From Bacteroidota bacterium (GTDB lineage: Bacteria > Bacteroidota > Bacteroidia > JABEUT01): 64,000 nt of DNA. Under the pieces are notes generated by a model. The model was given only the letters and a program-made list of their open reading frames with translations. It was not told the DNA's origin and did not search any database. The position numbers and the translations under genes were made by a program. The stretch covers positions 4,267 through 68,266 of the forward strand of contig JABDGY010000003.1 in the NCBI GenBank assembly GCA_013285805.1, read 5' to 3'. Each line of letters opens with the position of its first letter. The first letter of the stretch is position 1. This document shows positions 7,221 to 14,066 of the stretch, piece by piece.

Positions 7221-8414
7221 TTACTTAATTGCACTCAAAATATTGCTAAAAAAAGTTGGAATATCAATTTCTTTCGTGGCATAAACTCCCCATAATGGAG
7301 TATAACCGGCCGTAAAGCCTCTTACATTTACCTGGAAAGACGCCTTAATTTTCTCGAAGATAACCGAAGCATCCAGAAGATAAAATCCATTCCATTTCAG
7401 GGTTTGTTGCGGAAATGAAGACGTTTCACCAAAAAAAGGATTAGTGCTATTATCTTCAAGAACACGGCCGAGTACATACCTGACTCTAAATGTTACATCA
7501 TCATTATGTATGATACAGGAAAAAGAGACACCTTCAAATTCAAAATTACTTGATATACCGGTGCTATCGGCAAAATTTGACGGCTTGAAAGAATTTTTGG
7601 TTGAAAGACGTGACGTATCTTGTTCAAGTACTGATTGGTTTGAGTATGTAGTATACATAGTTGTCTTGTAATATTCATAATAAGCACCTACGCCAAGCTT
7701 TAATGTTGGGCTGATAACGAAAATGTTCTGTATATCAAGAGACAAACTTAGCTGTCCATAGTTTTGCGTTTGTTGCGCCTTAATATACTGATGTACTATA
7801 TTAAAGGAATCCTTTTTTAACGGCACTGCGGGTTCAAGGAAAAATGTATTTCCGTAATAGCTATTGTTATTTATAACCTGTGTTTGCCCGCTATATCCTC
7901 CCGCAGTAACTCCCAAATATGCCGTTACCTTTTTAACCGGGAACAAATGAAAAAGCGATTTAAATGAATACATTCTCATAATAGTATCGTCAACGTATTT
8001 CATTTCGCCATACAAATCTTTGGAGCTAAATGGAATAGAGTTAAGAAAATTGAAGTTTGTTCCTATCCCAAAGTGAAAAGAATGAATAATTATAGAGTCT
8101 TTTTTAGGGGTTTTGACAGCAACCTTTTTTCCAGTATCAGAAGGATTGACTTTATTTGAACCCGTGTCAGCTTTCTTCTTAGTTGTATCTTTATTAGAGG
8201 TAGTGGCTTTCGCAACTTCATTGCCTGCTTTTTGCTTGTTATCACTTTCAGTTTTACCATTGGTTTCTTTAGGAACATCTTTAACTTTAGATTTAGTTGT
8301 ATCAATAACTGTTTTCGCCTGGTCTTTGGGTTGGCCCTGAGAAAAGGAATAATTGCTCAGAAGAGTTAAGAAACATGAAACTAGAATCGTCTTTACAAGT
8401 AATTGTGTTTTCAT
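7221..8414 (-). CDS. Secreted protein, uncharacterised: signal peptide, Lys/Thr/Asp-rich disordered segment, beta-strand-rich C-terminal domain (possible outer-membrane barrel)
   Basis: 397 aa. The N-terminus MKTQLLVKTILVSCFLTLLSNYSFSQ looks like a signal peptide. About 90 aa of K/T/D low complexity follow, then alternating hydrophobic beta-like patterns. I recognised no family motif. Confidence 0.7.
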   Translation of the reverse strand: MKTQLLVKTILVSCFLTLLSNYSFSQGQPKDQAKTVIDTTKSKVKDVPKETNGKTESDNKQKAGNEVAKATTSNKDTTKKKADTGSNKVNPSDTGKKVAVKTPKKDSIIIHSFHFGIGTNFNFLNSIPFSSKDLYGEMKYVDDTIMRMYSFKSLFHLFPVKKVTAYLGVTAGGYSGQTQVINNNSYYGNTFFLEPAVPLKKDSFNIVHQYIKAQQTQNYGQLSLSLDIQNIFVISPTLKLGVGAYYEYYKTTMYTTYSNQSVLEQDTSRLSTKNSFKPSNFADSTGISSNFEFEGVSFSCIIHNDDVTFRVRYVLGRVLEDNSTNPFFGETSSFPQQTLKWNGFYLLDASVIFEKIKASFQVNVRGFTAGYTPLWGVYATKEIDIPTFFSNILSAIK

Positions 8415-8450
8415 TTTGTTTTGATTTAGATGTTATAATTTTCGTCCGCT

Positions 8451-8540
8451 CGACAAATTTTAATCCCAAAACCTAACAAGGAAAATAATACCCCCGACAA
8501 AACACGTACTAACATGCATAAAATGCGTACTGAAATGCAA
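8451..8540 (-). promoter_or_regulatory. Shared upstream module, copy B (before the 397-aa gene)
   Basis: It contains CGTACTAACATGCAT (8505-8519) and CGTACTGAAATGCAA (8526-8540) spaced 21 bp apart. CGACAAA boxes at 8451 and 8495 are 44 bp apart, the same spacing as in copy A. Confidence 0.5.
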
Positions 8541-8547
8541 AACTTAG

Positions 8548-8575
8548 GAGTAAGGGGTAAGGAATAAGGAGTAAG
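8548..8575 (+). repeat. Heptamer array GAGTAAG GGGTAAG GAATAAG GAGTAAG
   Basis: Four tandem 7-mers are read directly from the sequence. An inverted partner lies at 8748-8775. Confidence 0.7.
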
Positions 8576-8747
8576 TGGCTGAAAATCAATTAATTACATA
8601 ATATGTTGAAAACCAACTACTTACACCGTTCATTGTAAATTGTTGTATTTAACAATAGATACCCTATCAATAAAGGCTTTCGTGAAGGCCTTATTGTATT
8701 TATTTATTGTTAATTTGCGAGTAAGGGTAAGTAAACTTTGTTTCGCA

Positions 8748-8775
8748 ACTTATTCCTTATCCCTTGTTCCTATAT
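8748..8775 (-). repeat. Heptamer array in inverse orientation (ACTTATT CCTTATC CCTTGTT CCTATAT)
   Basis: The reverse complement AAGGGATAAGGAATAAG matches AAGGGGTAAGGAATAAG at 8552-8568 with 16/17 identity. Confidence 0.65.
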
Positions 8776-9167
8776 TAGGGGGGGGTGTTGAAAACAAAAT
8801 ACGATTTCACTTTTAAAACTAATAAAGGCTGCTGAACTTTGTGGTAAGACCTTACCCCTCTCCTTGTTCAAGTAGAGGGGAAGGAAAATGTTCTTTGAAA
8901 TATGAAAATAGGTTGAGGGTAAGATTTAGGTTAATATCTTTGCGCCCTTTGCGCATTGCCTGCCATAGCTTTAGCGAAGGCATGCGGCTGTTTTACTCTG
9001 CGTTCTTTGCGTGAAGCCTTTTTATTTATACCACTCTTTCAGAGTTACATTCTTCAGGGCTTTAATCTTTCTATAATACTATCACCCCTTCGGGGTTTAC
9101 AAAAAGTATATAATTTCAAAACCTACGTAAACTGATTTTCGCTGGTTTAATCTTAATTAATCATAAC

Positions 9168-9192
9168 CATCTGCGTAATCTGCGTTCCATTA
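9168..9192. repeat. Solo copy of the right-end repeat of the GxxExxY cassette
   Basis: CATCTGCGTAATCTGCGTTCCATTA matches AATCTGCGTTATCAGCGTTCCATTA (2812-2836) at 22/25 by hand. No adjacent ORF is present. Confidence 0.6.
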
Positions 9193-9317
9193 AAGCTATG
9201 CCCTTTGCAAGAGGCCTTCGACCCGTGAAGCAAGTTCAGGGCAGGCATGTTCAGGCTAACACTTAGTGGGATTTAGTGCTCTCCGTGTCTTAGTGGTAAG
9301 AATATAAAATGATTTTT

Positions 9318-9424
9318 ATTGATATTATCAATGCCTCACTACTGATTTTCAGCTACTTGCAAATTCAATATCAATGGCATTTTATTGATAATTCCATTGT
9401 TTTCGCGCTGTTATTTCATTGATA
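9318..9424. repeat. Cluster of ATTGATA/TATCAAT half-sites including a perfect 15-bp palindrome
   Basis: The palindrome ATTGATATTATCAAT is at 9318-9332. Further sites are TATCAAT at 9369-9375, ATTGATA at 9384-9390 and ATTGATA at 9418-9424. Confidence 0.6.
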
Positions 9425-9466
9425 TGTTATTGTTTTTATTCCATTTGAAAAGGGAAAAAGTGGCTG

Positions 9467-9560
9467 TTTGCGTTAGGGATAGAAGCGAATAGCCCGTAAT
9501 GAAATGAGGACTTGCAGCGGATAGCCCGACCCGAGTGGAGCGAGGGTAACGCCCAAATAA
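9467..9560 (-). repeat. Dispersed structured intergenic repeat, copy 1 (short form)
   Basis: The reverse complement carries the blocks TTGGGCGTT, GGGCTATCCGCTGCAAGTCCTC, GGGCTATTCGCT and ATCCCTAACGCAAAC. These are shared with 23921-24088 and 46250-46384. Confidence 0.65.
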
Positions 9561-9625
9561 CAAGTTAACCCGGCAGTTCCTTCGTTACACTCAGGATGAC
9601 AAAAACCTAAAGAGGGGGAAAAAAC

Positions 9626-10804
9626 TTATTCCTTAACCAGCACGTGGGTAATGGTAGTAGAAGCAGTACCGCCAATGCTTTGCACCAGGCCTACTTTAGC
9701 ATCTTTCTTCACCTGGTTGTTGGCGGCCCTGTCTGTAAGTTGCAGGTAAGCCTCAACGGTTTGGTAAACACCCGAAGCGCCTATAGCATGTCCGCGGGCT
9801 TTTAAGCCACCGAAAGTAGAGATAGGTATTTTGCCACCAAGGGTAATTTCGCCATCTGCAGCCAGTTTCCAGCCTTCGCCGGGTTCAGCAAAGCCCATAG
9901 CCTCGAGTGAAAGTGTGGATATAATAGAATAAGCATCGTGAAGTTCAAAGAAGTCTACATCCTTAGCTGTAATGCCAGCCATCTGGTAAGCCTTTTGTCC
10001 CGAGCGTTTCAAGCCTTCAGCAGCCAGGGGGGCGCTTCGGTCGCCTATGCCTACAAAATCTGTAGAGACGGCCGAAGCTGTGATCTTAATCTCGGGGCTG
10101 CTAGCCCTTTTGAAATGGGTGGAAGGATATTTTGAAAGTACTACTGCAGCAGCGCCGTCGCATACGGGAGAGGCATCGAAAATGCGAACGGGAGGAGCAA
10201 TAAATTTTGATTCTAAGTATTGGTCAATGGTAATTTCTTTATGGAACAGGGCATTAGGGTTCATGTTGGCATTCTTGTGGGCGTTAACACCAAACATGGC
10301 GAATGAATCGCCCGATATGCCGTATTTGTCAATGTACATTTGCATAAGCTTGGCATTCAGGGTAACAAAGGTTTCCCCTTTTCCGCCTTCCTTTTCCCAG
10401 TCAGAAGCAGTGGCTATGGCACGAGTAATAAAGTCCTTATCGGTATGCGACATCTTCTCAAGTCCGCAAACAATTACGGTTTCGCAAAAGCCGCTCATAA
10501 TAGCCATAATACCGGCCCTTACAGCAGCACCACCTGAACCGCAGGCAGCCTCGAGGGTAACCGATTCGGTTCCGAACAGCCCGGCAGCATTGGTAACCAA
10601 CGGGCCCAGTTGTTGCTGGTTCGACATAATACCCGAAAGCATATTGCCCAGGTAAATAGCGTCGGCACGTTCAATGCCTGCATCCTGCATAGCTAACTTA
10701 ATAGCTTTGGCGCCCATTTCGCGTATGCTGAGGGGCGATTCTTTCTCAACTTTCAGTTGTCCGATGCCTGTGATATAAATACCGGGACTATTGTGGGCTT
10801 TCAT
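9626..10804 (-). CDS. Thiolase-family protein (SCP-x/archaeal-type acetyl-CoA C-acyltransferase-like)
   Basis: 392 aa. It has the catalytic Cys context LEAACGSGGAAV, the block FELHDAYS and the block GGLKARGHAIGASG. Confidence 0.8.
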   Translation of the reverse strand: MKAHNSPGIYITGIGQLKVEKESPLSIREMGAKAIKLAMQDAGIERADAIYLGNMLSGIMSNQQQLGPLVTNAAGLFGTESVTLEAACGSGGAAVRAGIMAIMSGFCETVIVCGLEKMSHTDKDFITRAIATASDWEKEGGKGETFVTLNAKLMQMYIDKYGISGDSFAMFGVNAHKNANMNPNALFHKEITIDQYLESKFIAPPVRIFDASPVCDGAAAVVLSKYPSTHFKRASSPEIKITASAVSTDFVGIGDRSAPLAAEGLKRSGQKAYQMAGITAKDVDFFELHDAYSIISTLSLEAMGFAEPGEGWKLAADGEITLGGKIPISTFGGLKARGHAIGASGVYQTVEAYLQLTDRAANNQVKKDAKVGLVQSIGGTASTTITHVLVKE

Positions 10805-10990
10805 TGCTTATTGGGGGTAAAAGGTTCAATTACGCTGCAAAGGTCTACCTTTCATTGCCGCCCATTGTTATAGCAGTCTTAATCAATTACACGTTTCATA
10901 TTAACATTGTGTAGCCTGATTGTTGCGTAAAATAAAGGCTTTCGCGCTTAGTTCCGGTCTTAACCCTGCTTATCAGGAAGATACCTGTTT

Positions 10991-11032
10991 AAGAATTAAG
11001 AGTGGGGAATTAAGAATGAGAAATAGAGATGT
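10991..11032 (+). repeat. Heptamer array AAGAATT AAGAGTG GGGAATT AAGAATG AGAAATA GAGATGT
   Basis: Read directly from the sequence. It shares the core AATTAAGAATG with the inverse-oriented array at 13052-13086. Confidence 0.6.
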
Positions 11033-11232
11033 GAGCCTATAGGAAAGTACCGAACCTGCTTTTTGAATATTACAAAAGGCATATGCAGGGGCGTAAAATA
11101 TATTGGAATCCGGCTGAAAATCACTATCTAAAATAAGCCCGATTTTACTTGGATTTGGGTTTCTCATTTCATACATTTGTTTAGTTATCAATCTCCCTGG
11201 TTATTAAAAAACTGTAACTCAAAAAAATATTT

Positions 11233-12999
11233 ATGATAAATTTTACCCGTTTCTTTAAGATGTTACTGCTGGCTTCTGCAGCGCTATGTATGGAAAGCAC
11301 TTCAGTTGCCCAGGGTACATGGAAAACATTAAAGAATGCTGCACCTGACCCGAACGGAGGCGCAGCCATTTTATTAACCGATGGAACTGTAATGGTGCTT
11401 ACATCAACCGGTCCGGGGGGCATTGGAGATGTGTGGGATTTATTAACTCCTGTCAACGGCAGCTACCTTAATGGTACCTGGACCCAGTTGCCCAAGATGC
11501 ACGACACCCGCCTTTATTGTGCCACACAAGTACTGCCTGACGGAAACGTTTATGTGGCCGGGGGCGAATACGGAACAAATGCGCCAGACGGTTACCCGGG
11601 TGCTACAGGTGAGTTGTATAACACTACAGCAAAAACATGGACCCTGATATCGGGCGTACCCAATAACTGGAATATGTACGATGGTAACTCAGAACTTTTG
11701 TACGACGGTACTGTTTTGCAGGGTTGCCAGATATCAAACGATTTCTTCACAACAGGGCTAAGCGCCGATAATTTAATTTGGACCGAGTCAACCAATTCAT
11801 ACGATTCAGCAGCGCCCTGCTTTGGTAGCCACGACGAGGCAGCATGGGTAAAGCTACCCGACAGCAGCGTAATAAATGTTGATATGGGAACCGAGAATTC
11901 AGAAAGGTATATTCCCCAACAGAAAAAATGGGTTACAGATGCTACCCTGCCTACCTACCTTTATGACTTGCAGCTTTATGAAGCGGGTGCCGGTTTAATG
12001 CTGCCCAATGGCAAACTTTTTTTCCTCAGCGACTCTGTTAACACCGCATTTTATACTCCATCGGGTAATGCAACCCCCGGAAGCTGGAGCCTTGGGCCGG
12101 CTATGCCAAGTGTAAGCGGAACCCAGCTTGGCTGCCCCGATGCGCCAGCCGCTATAATGCCTAACGGAATTATTTTATGCGACTTTTCACCCGCGGGCAC
12201 ATATAATAATCCTACCTACTTCTATGAATATAACTACCTGACTAATACTTTTACCCAGGTATCGTCGCCTACAGGAGGCAACACATTAAATAATAACAGC
12301 TGTTACACCAATATGCTTGTATTGCCCGATGGTACAATTCTTTTTTCGCAGCAGGGAGATAATAATTATTATCAGTATACTCCGAAGGGTTCGCCAATAG
12401 CCTCAGGAAAACCAGTAATTAATAGCGTAGTTGATATTTGTCCTAATTTCATGATTACCGGTAAGTTATTCAACGGCATATCAGAAGGGGCAGGCTTTGG
12501 CGATGACTGGCAGGTTGCGACGAATTACCCTATAGTACGCCTTACAAAAGGTACTAATGTGTATTATGCCCGCACAACTAACTGGAACAGGATAGGGGCC
12601 ATTATGACAGATAGTTTGGAAGATACTGCTTACTTTACCATACCTTCCGTACCGGCAGGAACATATTCGGTAGAGGTAATTGCCAATGGCATTCCGTCAA
12701 GCCCTTTTTCAGTCACGTTACCTTGCACTCCTTTAGGTTTGCAAACCATAGTTGAAAACAATCACATGATTGTTTACCCTAACCCAAGCACCGGCCTGTT
12801 CACTTTTGAATCGTCGCAACCCATTGATAGGGCCATACTTTCTGTTTATAATATGATGGGAGAAGAAGTTGTGAATAAAGAAATAAGTGGGCCTGTAAAC
12901 CAGGTAGATTTAACCGGTAGAGCTTCAGGCGTTTATTTCTACCGCGTACTATCTGTGGAAGGCGCTATGCTTTCAACCGGAAAGTTGACAGTAAAGTAA
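11233..12999 (+). CDS. Secreted Kelch/galactose-oxidase-like beta-propeller protein with T9SS C-terminal sorting domain
   Basis: 588 aa with a signal peptide. It has Kelch-like blades (LYCATQVLPDGNVYVAGGEYG) and a C-terminal T9SS-type domain (MIVYPNPSTGLFTFES...GVYFYRV...GKLTVK). Confidence 0.75.
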   Translation: MINFTRFFKMLLLASAALCMESTSVAQGTWKTLKNAAPDPNGGAAILLTDGTVMVLTSTGPGGIGDVWDLLTPVNGSYLNGTWTQLPKMHDTRLYCATQVLPDGNVYVAGGEYGTNAPDGYPGATGELYNTTAKTWTLISGVPNNWNMYDGNSELLYDGTVLQGCQISNDFFTTGLSADNLIWTESTNSYDSAAPCFGSHDEAAWVKLPDSSVINVDMGTENSERYIPQQKKWVTDATLPTYLYDLQLYEAGAGLMLPNGKLFFLSDSVNTAFYTPSGNATPGSWSLGPAMPSVSGTQLGCPDAPAAIMPNGIILCDFSPAGTYNNPTYFYEYNYLTNTFTQVSSPTGGNTLNNNSCYTNMLVLPDGTILFSQQGDNNYYQYTPKGSPIASGKPVINSVVDICPNFMITGKLFNGISEGAGFGDDWQVATNYPIVRLTKGTNVYYARTTNWNRIGAIMTDSLEDTAYFTIPSVPAGTYSVEVIANGIPSSPFSVTLPCTPLGLQTIVENNHMIVYPNPSTGLFTFESSQPIDRAILSVYNMMGEEVVNKEISGPVNQVDLTGRASGVYFYRVLSVEGAMLSTGKLTVK

Positions 13000-13051
13000 T
13001 CTTTCAAGTGATAGAAAAATACCGGAAGGAGTTGTTGAAAAAGCGATAAAA

Positions 13052-13086
13052 TTCCATTCTTAATTTTTAATTCTCCATTCGAATAT
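13052..13086 (-). repeat. Heptamer array TTCCATT CTTAATT TTTAATT CTCCATT CGAATAT
   Basis: Read directly from the sequence. Its reverse complement contains AATTAAGAATGGAA, the same family as 10991-11032. Confidence 0.6.
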
Positions 13087-13103
13087 ATCTATCTTCGCAC
13101 CCC

Positions 13104-14054
13104 GTGAATAAGATAAGTCAGCTTTTCCAGATAAAGTACCCTATAGTGCAGGCCGGCATGCTGTGGACCAGCGGCTGGAGGTTGGCTTCGGCAGCGGCAA
13201 ACAGCGGTTGCCTGGGGCTAATAGGCGCTGCATCAATGTATCCCGATGTACTGCGCGAACATATACAAAAGTGCAAGCAGGCCACCAATAAACCCTTCGG
13301 CGTTAATGTACCACTCCTATACCCTGATCTGGAAGAGGTGATGAAGATAATTGTTGACGAGGGAGTGAAGATTGTATTTGTTTCTGCAGGCAATCCTAAA
13401 ACATGGACGCCCTTTTTCAAAGAGAAAAGTATTACCGTTGTGCATGTGGTGGGTAGTGTAAAGTTTGCCATCAAGGCACAAGATGCTGGTGTAGATGCTG
13501 TTGTAGCTGAGGGCTTTGAAGCAGGCGGGCATAACGGGCGCGAGGAAACAACTACCATGTGCCTTATACCCATGGTGCGAAAAGAATTGAAGATACCGCT
13601 TATCGCGGCAGGTGGCATTGCCAGTGGCAGGGCCATGTTAGCCGCCATGGCATTGGGTGCCGATGGTGTGCAGATTGGTACACGATTTGTAGCTTCGGAA
13701 GAAGCTTCGGTGCATGAGAATTTCAAAAAGAAGATTATAACATCGCAGGAAGGCGATACAGTGCTGACCTTGAAAAAGCTTGTGCCAGTGCGCGTTTTGA
13801 AAAACGAATTTTATAAAAAAGTGCAGGATGCGGAGGATCGTGGCGCCAGCCTTGAAGAGTTGCAAAACATCTTGGGCAGGGCACGGGCAAAAAAGGGTAT
13901 GTTTGAAGGCGATATGGATGAAGGAGAACTTGAGATAGGACAAATTGCCGCGGCAGTAAGAGAAATAAAGCCCGTAAAAGATATAGTGAATGAAATAATT
14001 GCAGAATTTCACGCTGCGAAAAAAGAAGTTGGTACCTATGAGGTGCCTGAATAA
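13104..14054 (+). CDS. Nitronate monooxygenase / FabK-like NAD(P)H-dependent flavin oxidoreductase
   Basis: 316 aa with a GTG start. The N-terminus YPIVQAGMLWTSGWRLASAAANSGCLGLIG and the block IAAGGIASGR are typical of the NPD/NMO TIM-barrel family. Confidence 0.8.
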   Translation: MNKISQLFQIKYPIVQAGMLWTSGWRLASAAANSGCLGLIGAASMYPDVLREHIQKCKQATNKPFGVNVPLLYPDLEEVMKIIVDEGVKIVFVSAGNPKTWTPFFKEKSITVVHVVGSVKFAIKAQDAGVDAVVAEGFEAGGHNGREETTTMCLIPMVRKELKIPLIAAGGIASGRAMLAAMALGADGVQIGTRFVASEEASVHENFKKKIITSQEGDTVLTLKKLVPVRVLKNEFYKKVQDAEDRGASLEELQNILGRARAKKGMFEGDMDEGELEIGQIAAAVREIKPVKDIVNEIIAEFHAAKKEVGTYEVPE

Positions 14055-14066
14055 TTAACGACCGCT

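Noticed and set aside
8778-8785. G8 homopolymer as a possible phase-variation tract
   Set aside because: It lies about 365 nt upstream of the nearest start codon, outside the shared upstream module and outside any ORF. There is no evidence from a single sequence that its length varies.
9300-9460. AT-rich segment with repeated ATTGATA sites considered as a replication origin
   Set aside because: No DnaA-box-like TTATCCACA motifs, no dnaA or dnaN nearby, and the sites are 7-mer palindromic half-sites instead. It is kept only as an unexplained site cluster.
10047-10655. 202-aa plus-strand ORF overlapping the thiolase gene, and similar long antisense ORFs at 13118-13726, 14837-15271, 42043-42513 and 58588-59079
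   Set aside because: Each is antisense to a gene with unambiguous family motifs. Each has Ala/Ser/Pro/Thr-rich composition typical of the reverse frame of GC-richer coding DNA.
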